In this document: positions 47,137-56,990 of the stretch, piece by piece
Layout: every line of letters starts with the position of its first letter
Numbering within the stretch: position 1 is the first letter of the stretch
Source of the DNA: Candidatus Latescibacterota bacterium
GTDB taxonomy: Bacteria; Latescibacterota; UBA2968
Length of the DNA: 64,000 nt
Assembly (NCBI GenBank): GCA_965204745.1
Contig: OZ242010.1
Coordinates: 1,824,001 to 1,888,000, forward strand
Reading direction: 5' to 3'
Notes under the pieces: generated by a model
What the model was told of the DNA's origin: nothing
The model's database searches: none
The model's input: the letters and a program-made list of their open reading frames with translations, nothing else
Position numbers and translations under genes: made by a program

Positions 47137-50100
47137 CTAAGCCATCCCTCGCACTTGTTCCAATTTATCGCACAATCGCTTGGGCGATACTTTTTGGGCC
47201 GTGCCGAGTTCTTGGGCGAAGACCGAGACGCGAAATTCTTCGACCATCCAGCGCAACGCCTCAACCGCCTCGCGCTTTTCGCCCGTCAGTTCCGAAGCCA
47301 GTAATTCCGCCACCGCGTCGCAAAAGGGCTGAACCTGCTCGGCTTTTTGGCGATCCTTTAGCGGATCGATGCGGGCGCGCTCGGCGCGGATCCGAATCGC
47401 CTTCAAGAATCGCCCCAGATTCAGCACTTGTTCATAAGGCGTATGGCGCAAAAAATCCGGGGGCATCAAGCGCGCGAGATCGGCGTCCATCTCGGGATAC
47501 GCGCTCGGCAACAGGCGAATTTCCCGGTGCGTTTCAAACAGGGATTCGAGCGCGTGGATCAGTTGCGGGCCGACGTGTTGCAAGTACAATCGCGCTTGTT
47601 GAATGCGCGCTTCAAAGCGTTGACGAGTGATGGGAAATGCCGGCTCCCGGTTAAATAAATGGGCCATCGCATTTTGGTATGCCCCCTCGCGCATGGCGGC
47701 ACTATTCGCCCCATGTTGCAACGCGCCCAATGACCGCCTCAACGCCCGCATCTCGTTTTGCATGGCGCGCTCGCACAGGCGCGTCCACCCCTCGCGCGTC
47801 TCGCGCTCGGCCTCGTCTGCTCGCTTGAACAAGCGCGCATCCACGCGCTCCCCATCGCGCATCAGCCCCACATAGCCAAATATCGGCACCCCGCCTGCGC
47901 GCATCACCTCTACGCGCTCGGGCAAATCCCCGAGCGTATCTCCGGTCACATCGCGCTGCGCCACGCGCTTTTCCGCCTTTTGCCACGCATCGGATTGCAC
48001 GTCTTCTGCGTGTGCGTCCAATTGCTCGCGCAAGGCGTGCAAATCCCGCGCCGCAACTATCGCTTCGTCATCCTCGCCTTGAACTTCCACGCGCATCTGA
48101 ATGTGGTCGGGCAAGTCGCACACCTTCCAATCGCTTTGCGAAATCTCGACGCCGTAAGCCCGCTGAATATGCGCGGACAGGGAATCCAAAAACGCGCCGT
48201 GTGTGGGTCGTAATGTTGCGGCGATTTCTCGCGCCTTGTCTGGCACCGGCACAAAGCGTTTGCGAACGCGCTTTGGCAACCCGCGCAATAAATGTGTGAT
48301 TTTCTCTTGCAACAGCCCCGGCACCAGCCAGTCTAGCACTTCGGGTTGCAAGAAATGCACCAGTTTGTAGGGCAACTTCAAGGTTATGCCATCGTGGTCG
48401 TGCCCGGGCCGATACGCATAAGAAAGCGGCACGGGTTCGCCATCCACCTCTAAAAACTCGGGAAACGCCTCTGCATCAAAATCCACTTGTTCGCCCGCCA
48501 AATCCTCCTCGCGCATCATCAAAAAATCCGCGCCCCGTTTTGTCAGGAAGCGGTTTAAGTCGTGCGTGGAAGACACGTCTGCCAACCGATCCGCGTAAAA
48601 CCGGTACGCGGCCTCGTCCAAATCGAGAAATTGCACGGCGCGTTGCTGCATCTGCCAGGTTTCCACGCGCGCACGCAACTCCCGGTTGTGGGCCACAAAC
48701 GGATAGGGCAGGGCGACCTCGTCATTGACCAGGGCCTCGCGGATAAAAACCTCGGTCGCGGCTTCTGCATTGACGCGCCCATAGCCCACGCGCTTTTGCC
48801 GAACCTGCAAGCCGTGCAGGGTCAGGGTCTCGGTCGCCAGCACCCTGCCAGAACGCGCGCTGTAAAACGGCTCTTTGTAAGACGCGCGGCACAAATGCGC
48901 CCCTAATTCCACCAGCCATGGCGCCTGCACCCCGGCCACTGTGCGCGCAAACAACCGCGAGGTTTCCACCACCTCTGCGGCGGCGATCCACTCGGGCGTG
49001 GTCTTCCCGCGCTCTGCTTTGCGTTGAAATAACCCGGACCCGGGAAATAACATCACATCTCGACCACGCGCTGCGCGATACAGATTGCCTTCCTTTTTTT
49101 GTGCCACATGGTCCAACGAGCCGCTGATGATGGCGCGGTGGATGGCGTCGTAGCTCGCGGCGTCCCGATTCATGCGGAACCCGCGCATCTCGCGCAAGGT
49201 GTGGCGAATTTGCGTGTAGATATCGCGCCATTCGCGCATGCGGTTGTAGGATAAGAAATGTCGGTTGCAAAATTTTCGCATCTGCCCTTGGGTTCTCAAT
49301 TTTTCAAACGTATCGTGGTACGCGCGCCAGATATTCAGCAGGGTCACAAAATCGGACGCGCTATCGACAAATCGCCGGTGCTCGCGGTCCGCTTCTCGCT
49401 CGTGGCCCAGGGGGCGCACGCGCGGGTCTTGGATGCTGATTGCCGATGCGATGATCAGCACTTCGCGCAGCGCGCCTTCTTTTCGCGCTTGCAAAATCAT
49501 CCGCGAGACTTTGGGCGCGAGGGGCAACCGCGCCATGTCTCGGCCGAGGGGCGTCAGGCGTTTGTCGTCATCTATCGCGCCCAGTGCTTTTAGCAACTGA
49601 AATCCCCCGCGGATCGCCTGCGCGCCGGGGGGATCGATAAAGGGAAAGGTCTCGACATCGCCCAAGCGCAGGGCGATCATCCGCAAAATGACCTCGGCCA
49701 GGTCCGACCGCTGGATCTCGGCTTGCGTGTATTCGGGCCGGGCAAGAAAATCCCGCTCGTCGTACAGGCGAATACACACGCCATTTTGCACGCGCCCGCA
49801 CCGGCCTGCGCGCTGCTGTGCGCTGCTTTGGGCAATCGCCTCCACCGGCAACCGATGCGTCTGATTGCGCGGATTGTACCGGCTGATGCGCGCCAAGCCC
49901 GTGTCGATCACATAGCGGATGCCCGGAATGGTGATCGAGGTTTCCGCGATATTCGTCGCTACCACCACGCGCCGATATCGCTGTTTGTGAAACACCTTTT
50001 GCTGGTCGGCCGAGGTCAACCTGCCGAACAAGGGCAGTATTTCCGTGAAGCGAAATTGCCGTCCTTCCAGACGCCTGCGCGTTTCGTGGATGTCCTTTTC

Positions 50101-51015
50101 CGTGGGCATGAAGACCAGCACGTCGCCCGGCCCGGCCATGACCACCTGCTCCACCGAGTCAACCGCCGCGTCGATGTACGTGTACGCGTCGCTTTGCCCA
50201 TCTCCCAAGGGCGCGTATTGCACGTCCACCGGGTACACGCGCCCGGACACTTCGATGATGGGGGCATTGTCAAATGCCTTGGAAAACGCCTCGGTGTCAA
50301 TCGTGGCCGAGGTGATGATCACGCGCAATTCCGGGCGGTGCTTTCGCAACACGCGCAAGTACCCGAGCAAGAAGTCGATGTTCAAACTGCGCTCGTGCGC
50401 TTCGTCGATGATCGCGGTGTCGTATTCGTACAAATTCGGATCGCCCTGAATCTCGGATAGCAGCATGCCATCCGTCATCATCTTGATCCGAGTTTCGGCC
50501 GTGGTCTCATCCGTGAACCGAATTTTGCAACCGACCTCGGCGCCCCATGCGACATTCAATTCTTCGGCAATGCGCCGGGACACGGATACGGCAGCCACGC
50601 GACGGGGTTGGGTACACGCGATTTTCGCCTCCATCCCGCGCCCGGCTTCCAAACACATCTTGGGCAACTGCGTGGTTTTTCCAGAGCCGGTCTCGCCGGC
50701 CACAATCACGACGGGATGTTCTCGAATCGCCGCGACGATTTCGTCTTTGCGCGCCGTGATCGGCAGGTCTTCGGGATAGGTGATATTCAGTGGATTCTCG
50801 CAACGGGCTTTCCGCAATGCCGCGGATCTTTCGGCCCGCGCTTTGAGTTTGTGCAATGCCGCTGCATCTCGCCGCTTGCGCCGCTGCATCTGCCGCAACT
50901 GTCGCGCTATCGCCACGCGGTCTTGTAACATACACGCGGGCAACAGTGACCACACCACCGATGGCAGGCTCGGCCGCCGCTTGCGCGATTTGGGTTTTCT
51001 TTTTTTTATTTGCAT
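47137..51015 (-). CDS. hrpA: ATP-dependent RNA helicase HrpA
   Basis: GETGSGKTTQLPK, TQPRRVAA, DEAH, SAT, QRAGRCGR; C-terminal EEFRVS.FAQELGT...VS.KRL. Confidence 0.95.
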   Translation of the reverse strand: MQIKKRKPKSRKRRPSLPSVVWSLLPACMLQDRVAIARQLRQMQRRKRRDAAALHKLKARAERSAALRKARCENPLNITYPEDLPITARKDEIVAAIREHPVVIVAGETGSGKTTQLPKMCLEAGRGMEAKIACTQPRRVAAVSVSRRIAEELNVAWGAEVGCKIRFTDETTAETRIKMMTDGMLLSEIQGDPNLYEYDTAIIDEAHERSLNIDFLLGYLRVLRKHRPELRVIITSATIDTEAFSKAFDNAPIIEVSGRVYPVDVQYAPLGDGQSDAYTYIDAAVDSVEQVVMAGPGDVLVFMPTEKDIHETRRRLEGRQFRFTEILPLFGRLTSADQQKVFHKQRYRRVVVATNIAETSITIPGIRYVIDTGLARISRYNPRNQTHRLPVEAIAQSSAQQRAGRCGRVQNGVCIRLYDERDFLARPEYTQAEIQRSDLAEVILRMIALRLGDVETFPFIDPPGAQAIRGGFQLLKALGAIDDDKRLTPLGRDMARLPLAPKVSRMILQARKEGALREVLIIASAISIQDPRVRPLGHEREADREHRRFVDSASDFVTLLNIWRAYHDTFEKLRTQGQMRKFCNRHFLSYNRMREWRDIYTQIRHTLREMRGFRMNRDAASYDAIHRAIISGSLDHVAQKKEGNLYRAARGRDVMLFPGSGLFQRKAERGKTTPEWIAAAEVVETSRLFARTVAGVQAPWLVELGAHLCRASYKEPFYSARSGRVLATETLTLHGLQVRQKRVGYGRVNAEAATEVFIREALVNDEVALPYPFVAHNRELRARVETWQMQQRAVQFLDLDEAAYRFYADRLADVSSTHDLNRFLTKRGADFLMMREEDLAGEQVDFDAEAFPEFLEVDGEPVPLSYAYRPGHDHDGITLKLPYKLVHFLQPEVLDWLVPGLLQEKITHLLRGLPKRVRKRFVPVPDKAREIAATLRPTHGAFLDSLSAHIQRAYGVEISQSDWKVCDLPDHIQMRVEVQGEDDEAIVAARDLHALREQLDAHAEDVQSDAWQKAEKRVAQRDVTGDTLGDLPERVEVMRAGGVPIFGYVGLMRDGERVDARLFKRADEAERETREGWTRLCERAMQNEMRALRRSLGALQHGANSAAMREGAYQNAMAHLFNREPAFPITRQRFEARIQQARLYLQHVGPQLIHALESLFETHREIRLLPSAYPEMDADLARLMPPDFLRHTPYEQVLNLGRFLKAIRIRAERARIDPLKDRQKAEQVQPFCDAVAELLASELTGEKREAVEALRWMVEEFRVSVFAQELGTAQKVSPKRLCDKLEQVRGMA

Positions 51016-51018
51016 TTT

Positions 51019-51225
51019 TTATATCCGGTCTTCCTCACGAGGGATATCCGTTTCAATGCCCTGTATAAATCCGCGCATCTGCCGCATGGGACGCACGGGA
51101 ATCAATTCAATGCGGTTGTTATATGCGATGGCTTGAACTCGTTGCCCAGGTTCAAGGTTCAACTCGTCCCGAATATCTTTTGGGATGACAACCTGAAATT
51201 CTGATGAGATAGTCACGGTTGACAT
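51019..51225 (-). CDS. AbrB/MazE-family antitoxin (no toxin adjacent)
   Basis: TVTISS.FQVVIPK.IR..L.L.PG; GGAGG RBS. Confidence 0.88.
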   Translation of the reverse strand: MSTVTISSEFQVVIPKDIRDELNLEPGQRVQAIAYNNRIELIPVRPMRQMRGFIQGIETDIPREEDRI

Positions 51226-51312
51226 GCAATCCTCCATTGATCATTTTCTCGTATGGCATACCCAATATACCAAAAGCCCTAATTTGTTCAAAACCTATCA
51301 GGAGCGACGAGG

Positions 51313-51555
51313 ATGAACAAAACCACCATTCGCATGAGCGCGTTTACGCAGAATCGCCTCAAAAAAATCGCACGCAGAAAAAGCGTGTCGGTTAGCCATC
51401 TCATCAACGAAATGGCCCTGAGGTATATCGGTGCAGAGGAAGGGGCGCGAATGATGCAGGAACGCGCACAGAATGGCTCCAAAATCAAAGCCAGGGGCGT
51501 GCTCGATGCCGTTCGCCAAGCGAATAAACCGCCCGTTCCCGGAGACGAAAAATAG
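51313..51555 (+). CDS. Ribbon-helix-helix (CopG/HicB-like) protein, antitoxin-like
   Basis: TTIRM......LK..A....VSVS.LINE; C-terminal PVPGDE; GAGG RBS. Confidence 0.7.
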   Translation: MNKTTIRMSAFTQNRLKKIARRKSVSVSHLINEMALRYIGAEEGARMMQERAQNGSKIKARGVLDAVRQANKPPVPGDEK

Positions 51556-51642
51556 CCCGATTTTTTTTACGCCCATTTCTTCCAAAAAAGGCCAGCGCAC
51601 GATGTGTGTCTGGCCTTTTGCATTTCAGATTTGGAAATTGTC

Positions 51643-52380
51643 CTACAAGCCCTCCCAATATTCCCACATATCGTCCGGCGTCTCGAAGCGCATCTCGTTG
51701 TTGTCCTTGCGCCGGAACCGGCTCACAAAGGCCATGCGAATATCGCGACCGCAATTCACGCCCGGGCTGTGCAACATCAGGTGGTGCCAGAACGTCACCG
51801 TGCCCGGCGGGCCCGTAATGTCGATGGGCGTGGGCAGGTCGCAATACGCGCCATGTTCATTGCGAAACGCATTCAGGCCATTCACCAAGCTGTGCGTCTT
51901 GAAATACTCATACGCCCGCTTGTGCGAGCCGGGCCAGACCGTGAACCCACCCGAGCGCGGTTTGATGTGGTTGATGTTCACAGTCACCGCAATCGCAAAG
52001 GTGTCCACCACGCCTTCACATGTATAGCCATCCATGTGCATCTGCGTCGCGGGCGTCCAATTGTCGTGGCCTTCGGGATACACCATCTTGGCAAAGGTGT
52101 AATTCGACACGGCCAACGTGTCTTTGCCCACCAATTCCTCGCACATGTCTTGAATCGGGGTGTCGGTCAAGGTCGCGCGCACAGCGGGATGGTTGCTGCA
52201 TTTCAAGTTGCCCCGAGGCCCGGCATCGATCCAAGTTTGGGGATCATCGCGGTCCGCGTCGATCTCATCCCACACCACATCCACGGCCTTGTCGATCAAG
52301 TGCAAGGGCACCACATCGCGCTTGACGACGTACCCCTGTTCCTTGAAGTGCTGCTTTTCTCGGTCGGTAAAATAAGCCAT
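51643..52380 (-). CDS. Phytanoyl-CoA dioxygenase (PhyH) family protein
   Basis: F.EQGY, HMD, GGFTVWPGSH, LH...N...IR. Confidence 0.88.
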   Translation of the reverse strand: MAYFTDREKQHFKEQGYVVKRDVVPLHLIDKAVDVVWDEIDADRDDPQTWIDAGPRGNLKCSNHPAVRATLTDTPIQDMCEELVGKDTLAVSNYTFAKMVYPEGHDNWTPATQMHMDGYTCEGVVDTFAIAVTVNINHIKPRSGGFTVWPGSHKRAYEYFKTHSLVNGLNAFRNEHGAYCDLPTPIDITGPPGTVTFWHHLMLHSPGVNCGRDIRMAFVSRFRRKDNNEMRFETPDDMWEYWEGL

Positions 52381-52475
52381 CGTTCGCTCCAAAGGTGAAA
52401 GGCGAGCCGTGTGTAGAGGCGATGCCCCCGTGCTCGCCCAAAGATACGAGAGGGAAAGGCAGTTGTCAGTTGTCA

Positions 52476-53459
52476 ATGCGAATTAAGAGTTGAATCCATC
52501 GCGTACTTGTCTTTTCTTGAGGGCTCAGTCATTTCACCCTTAAAGGAAGGAGCACGCGATGGATTGGCAAGATAAACTCATTCACTTGTATGTCTATATT
52601 TGTCAGCAGTATGACCAAAAGCATCTGTGGTTTTATACGGAACGCATGAGCAATAACGATACGCCGACCTTCACAGATGAAGAAGTGCTGACGATCTATT
52701 TGTTTGGGATCATGCAACAGCACACGCAGATCAAGGCGATTTATACCTATACCAAGGATCATCTTTCCGACTGGTTTCCCCATCTGCCCACTTATGCAGG
52801 CTATATCCAGCGGTTGAACCGCTTGTGTGTGGTCTTCGCGCCATTGATTGAACAAATCCAAAAGGACAGTCCCGCAACCGATCTCTCTGAACACACCTAC
52901 TTGGTGGATTCCATGCCGATTGTCATGGCACAATCGGCACGCAGCGGTCAGGCGTGTGTGGCCGAAGAACAACTGGCCAACAAAGGCCGCTGCGCTTCCA
53001 AAAAGATGTGGTATTACGGCACCAAACTGCACATTGTCGCACAAGACCGTGAGAACGGCCTCCCGAAAGCAGAGTACATCGGCTTGACAGGTGCAGCAGA
53101 GCATGACCTGACCGCTTTGCGACAAGTCTTACCCGTTTTGCGTGATGGACACCTCTACGGCGATAAAATCTACGCCGATCAGCCCTTAAAAGACACGCTT
53201 AGCAAACAGCAGAACCTGATCTTCGAGACGCCGGTGAAGCGCAAGAAGGGACAAGAAAGCCTGACCGAAGCCGAAAAAGACTATTCTCGGGCGGTTTCGA
53301 GCATACGACAGCCGATTGAGGCCTTGTTCAGTTGGATTGAACGAAAGACGAACATCTCGATGGCGTCTCGGGTACGATCCTATGAGGGCTTACTCGTTCA
53401 TGTCTTTGGGCGATTGACCGCGGCTTGCTTCTTACTCGCTTTCTACTCTTAATTCGCAT
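52476..53459 (+). mobile_element. IS982-family element, 984 bp, intact; TSD TGTCA
   Basis: TIRs ATGCGAATTAAGAGT / ACTCTTAATTCGCAT; TGTCA on both flanks within (TGTCAGT)n. Confidence 0.93.
52559..53452 (+). CDS. IS982-family DDE transposase
   Basis: FTDEE, VDSMPI, YYG.KLH, HD, GDK.Y, RQPIE..FS. Confidence 0.92.
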   Translation: MDWQDKLIHLYVYICQQYDQKHLWFYTERMSNNDTPTFTDEEVLTIYLFGIMQQHTQIKAIYTYTKDHLSDWFPHLPTYAGYIQRLNRLCVVFAPLIEQIQKDSPATDLSEHTYLVDSMPIVMAQSARSGQACVAEEQLANKGRCASKKMWYYGTKLHIVAQDRENGLPKAEYIGLTGAAEHDLTALRQVLPVLRDGHLYGDKIYADQPLKDTLSKQQNLIFETPVKRKKGQESLTEAEKDYSRAVSSIRQPIEALFSWIERKTNISMASRVRSYEGLLVHVFGRLTAACFLLAFYS

Positions 53460-53522
53460 TGTCAGTTGTCAGTTGTCAGTTGTCAGTTGACTAATTCTAA
53501 CGAACCATAGCGGTGGGGAGCG

Positions 53523-53598
53523 GGCGGGGACTGACCACTGACTACTTGGGCGGTAGGGGCAGGTGGGGGCTGACCACTGACTACTGTCAGTCCCCGCC
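53523..53598. repeat. Small element with 13-bp inverted ends enclosing TGACCAC heptamers
   Basis: GGCGGGGACTGAC ... GTCAGTCCCCGCC. Confidence 0.75.
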
Positions 53599-53965
53599 TA
53601 TGCCAAAATATCGGATATTTTTTTGCAGAAATCAACCATCTCATTAAGTTGCGCGAGCCAAGCCAGCGCGACTTCGGACGGGGAATAGTCCCGTCGCCAT
53701 CAATGGGCGGTTGTTGCCGCTCTCGTGAAATCGCGCCCACAATGCGTTCAAATCTTCGCGGTACCTGTGGACTTTTTGTTCTATGACGGGCGACAAATTG
53801 AGACACGTTGTTGTAGGGCATTGACCGCTTTGGAGGATAATAAACAAATTTTGGCGTGTAATATCAACAGGTTATCGAGAAACTGAGTTGGACGATGCGG
53901 TTGGCAAGTTATTTGCAAGTTGGGGATGCAAAGCGATTGGCAACCATTCACTGGGGAAAGGGGTT

Positions 53966-54811
53966 ATGATGAACGAGTGCCGTGCGGTTTTCGTCCGATT
54001 CCGCTTACTCGCATGCCGGTTGGCGTTTTTGTTTTGCGCGATCCACAGCGCTTATTTGTCCGCGCATGCGGCGTTTGAGTTTCAGCCCGTCGGCGCGCAT
54101 ACCGCAGGCGCGGGCGATGTGGGGGTCGCGCTGGCAACGGGTGCTGCAGGCGCGTTTTGGAATCCCGCGGCAGTGGCATGGGGCAAGCGGTTGAGCGCGT
54201 TCGCCGCGTATGACCGCCCTTATGGCATGGCCGAACTGACGACGCAGGCGTTGAGCGCGGGCATCCGGATCGGGCGTCACGGCTTGGGCATGCGATATAT
54301 GGGCTTTGGATTTTCGTTGTACAAAGAGCGGGTATTTGGCGCGGTTTGCGGATTGCGCGTATCCGGGCAAGCGAGTGTGGGCTTGGGCGTGCGCGTCTTG
54401 CAAATCAGCGCGGCGGGCATGCCCACAACGCAATGGACGGTCTTTGATCTGGGGCTACGCTGGCGGTTGCGCGAAGGCGTGTTTCTCGGCGCAGTGGCGC
54501 GGAATGCAGGCGGCAAGGACGCATCGGTTTTGGGACAAGGAGGGGCCGTTGGTGTTGGCGTTGACGTGATGCCGCAGGTGGTCGTGGTGGCAGATGTGCA
54601 AAAGGAGGCAAATTTTCCCGTGGGCGCGGGCATTGGGATGCTGTACCGCGTTCACCCGCAACTCGTGATCCGCACCGGGATGGGCACTCGCCCCGAGCGA
54701 TTGAGCGCGGGGTTTGGCGTGCGGCAAAACGGCCTTGCCGTGGATTACGCTGCTATGTGGCACACCGTGCTGGGCATAACGCATCGCGCATCCGTGATCG
54801 TGGCGTACTAA
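53966..54811 (+). CDS. PorV/PorQ-like outer-membrane beta-barrel protein
   Basis: Signal peptide, FWNPA motif, amphipathic strands, DYA...H..LG.THR.S C-terminus. Confidence 0.7.
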   Translation: MMNECRAVFVRFRLLACRLAFLFCAIHSAYLSAHAAFEFQPVGAHTAGAGDVGVALATGAAGAFWNPAAVAWGKRLSAFAAYDRPYGMAELTTQALSAGIRIGRHGLGMRYMGFGFSLYKERVFGAVCGLRVSGQASVGLGVRVLQISAAGMPTTQWTVFDLGLRWRLREGVFLGAVARNAGGKDASVLGQGGAVGVGVDVMPQVVVVADVQKEANFPVGAGIGMLYRVHPQLVIRTGMGTRPERLSAGFGVRQNGLAVDYAAMWHTVLGITHRASVIVAY

Positions 54812-54837
54812 CCCACTGATTTTCAAGGGATTCGCGC

Positions 54838-54866
54838 TTGACAGGGTTTGGGCCTTCGGCTATTTT
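54838..54866 (+). promoter_or_regulatory. Sigma70 promoter
   Basis: TTGACA-17 bp-TATTTT upstream of a GGAGG RBS. Confidence 0.6.
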
Positions 54867-54892
54867 GACCGTTCAAAATTTCGGAGGCAGGC

Positions 54893-55633
54893 ATGGATTT
54901 GGTTCGCAAAATTTTGCGCGAAGCCGCCCTGTTTTGCGCGTGTGCCATCTTTGTGGCAGGCGTCGGGTTGATCCTCATGGATCAAATCGTCATGCCGCGC
55001 TACGTGCGCCAAGGCGTGGAAGTAACCGTGCCCGATCTCAAAGGACTGACACCCGAGCAGGCACGGGCGCGGTTGCAGGCAGAGGGCCTGCACATGAAAG
55101 AACGCGAACCGCGATGGGATGCGTCCATGCCCGCGGGGCAAATCGCGTGGCAAAACCCGGCCGCGCTGTCGCACGTCAAGCCCCATCGCACGGTCTATGT
55201 CGCGCCGAGTTTGGGCGAGCGTCTGTACGCCGTGCCGGATCTTCGCAACCGGCCCTTGCGACAGGCGCGGTTGTGGATCGCCCGAGCAGAATTGGCGGTC
55301 GGCGAGGTCATCGAGATGGCCTCGGCAGAGATCGAGGAAGGCAATATCATCGAGCAGACGCCCAAAGCCGGCGAGCAAGTCGTCCACGGGACGCCGGTCG
55401 CGCTCACAGTGAGCACCGGGCCACATCGCGCTTTTGTCGCCATGCCCGTGGTGGAGGAACTCAAATTGGACGACGCGCGGCGTTTGTTGTCCTCCCTCGG
55501 CCTGCGCGCAGACAATATCCGCTACGAATTTAGCACCGCGTACGAACCCGACGTCGTCATTCGCCAAGACCCCGAACCCGACACGCCGATCAAACGCGGG
55601 ACAAGCGTGCAACTTGTCGTGAGTAAGTTGTGA
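54893..55633 (+). CDS. Membrane-anchored triple PASTA domain protein
   Basis: N-terminal TM; three VP.L.G...A...L..G.I..Q.P..G-type repeats. Confidence 0.9.
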   Translation: MDLVRKILREAALFCACAIFVAGVGLILMDQIVMPRYVRQGVEVTVPDLKGLTPEQARARLQAEGLHMKEREPRWDASMPAGQIAWQNPAALSHVKPHRTVYVAPSLGERLYAVPDLRNRPLRQARLWIARAELAVGEVIEMASAEIEEGNIIEQTPKAGEQVVHGTPVALTVSTGPHRAFVAMPVVEELKLDDARRLLSSLGLRADNIRYEFSTAYEPDVVIRQDPEPDTPIKRGTSVQLVVSKL

Positions 55634-55696
55634 AAGGCGTAAAGGCGTAAAGGCGTAAAGGCGTAAAGGCGTAAAGGCGTAAAGGCGTAAAGGCGT
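55633..55696. repeat. Octamer microsatellite (AAAGGCGT)8
   Basis: Eight perfect units counted. Confidence 0.95.
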
Positions 55697-55729
55697 GAGA
55701 GGTAAGAGGCAAGATACTCTCTTAAAAGG

Positions 55730-56737
55730 TCAAGGGGTTTTCGGGGTGATTCGATAGAATTTTTCGCCCTCAAAATCTTGGTCATGGCGCAACATGCCCC
55801 AGATCGAATGGAGCAACTTTCGCATCACCGCAACGATAGCCTGCAAAGGTTTCTTGCCGCGGGCGATGAGTTGGTCATAGAAGGCTTTGACATGGCCTTC
55901 GTGTCTGATGGCCACCCAGGCAGGCATATAGAGGGCATGGCGGAGGTACTTATTCCCGGTTTTCGAGATGCGTCTTTGTGGATTGGCGGTTCCGGATTGT
56001 TTGGGTTTGGGATCCAGGCCTGCATGTGCGACCCACTGGGGCGGTTGCATCTCCTCTGGCAAAAGGGTCAACTCGGCCAAGAGCCGCAAGGCACTCGTTT
56101 GCGCGATGCCAGGCGTCGAGCAGAGGCGTTGGTAGGCACGCTTGAGGGGCTCATCGTGCAAAACGAGATCGAGGGCTTGGCTTTCCAAGTATGCAATCCG
56201 GCGTTTGAAGTGTCGAATATTCACCTGAATATCGCGTGCGATGAGACGTGTGCTGCGGATGTGGTAGCTCTGCGCGTGGTTGCGGCTCTGTTCGCGGATG
56301 ATCTCCTGCTTGAGTTGGTCAATGCGTCTGGTGAGGGCTTGCAGTTGAAGCCGTTGCTCGCTCGGCGCTTGCCAAGGCACAAAAGGCATGCGCTCGGCAT
56401 AGTCGAGGATCAACAACGCATCCTTCGCATCCGTCTTCGCCCGTTGCATGCAGGCTTGGGCGTACTTGCTCATCGCTTTGGGATTGACGACCATGACCTT
56501 TGTGTGGCGATGCCGATGCAAGGCCAAGGCCACCCCCAAACTGTAAAGCCCGGTCGCTTCGAGGCACACAGAGACCATGTGCCCGCCCTTCGTGAGCCAC
56601 TTCAGCAACCGCTTATGCGCTTGGGGATCATTGGCAAAGGTCGCTTGCATGACAGCTTGTCCGGGTCTGGACAGGGCAACGGACAACGTGCGGGCACTGA
56701 CATCAATGCCGGCAAAAGCGGGGTGAGATTTCGACAT
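55730..56737 (-). CDS. IS110 DEDD recombinase/transposase
   Basis: GIDVS, CLEATG, KTD.KDA, QSGT serine, ISKTGN, A..RKL; AGGAGG RBS. Confidence 0.95.
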   Translation of the reverse strand: MSKSHPAFAGIDVSARTLSVALSRPGQAVMQATFANDPQAHKRLLKWLTKGGHMVSVCLEATGLYSLGVALALHRHRHTKVMVVNPKAMSKYAQACMQRAKTDAKDALLILDYAERMPFVPWQAPSEQRLQLQALTRRIDQLKQEIIREQSRNHAQSYHIRSTRLIARDIQVNIRHFKRRIAYLESQALDLVLHDEPLKRAYQRLCSTPGIAQTSALRLLAELTLLPEEMQPPQWVAHAGLDPKPKQSGTANPQRRISKTGNKYLRHALYMPAWVAIRHEGHVKAFYDQLIARGKKPLQAIVAVMRKLLHSIWGMLRHDQDFEGEKFYRITPKTP

Positions 56738-56794
56738 GGGGGCCTCCTGTGATGAGGGGGTTGTAAGGGATCTGGTGCGCGCTCGGGGTCGCGT

Positions 56795-56990
56795 CCCGAC
56801 CATTGACGCCAAGTCTACCGGTCTTGTATATGCAGCCTCAAGGGGCTTAGATACTCTTCGGCATAGACCCGGCGGTCGGGGGGCCTATCTTACCTACAAG
56901 GTCATCGCCTTCAAGAGGGGCCGGCCTTCCCCGAGCCGGGCATCAAGATGGCTTATCTCGATACGAGGGCGCAACTCCTAATTAACCCTT
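56795..56990 (-). ncRNA. IS110 bridge RNA (boundaries approximate)
   Basis: Donor loop guides AGAGTATCT (56857-56849) and ATACAAGA (56829-56822) match the element ends; target loop guides GGCCCCTCT (56922-56914) and AGGTAAGA (56895-56888) match the insertion site; closing stems visible. Confidence 0.85.

Noticed and set aside
52470-52477. IS982 ends CAATGCG..CGCATTG with an 8-bp TSD
   Set aside because: The insertion at 46712-47109 shows ends at ATGCG..CGCAT with a 5-bp TSD; the longer reading is an artefact of the array.
56738-56812. N-terminal extension of the IS110 transposase
   Set aside because: It lies in the non-coding left end; AGGAGG precedes the ATG at 56737.
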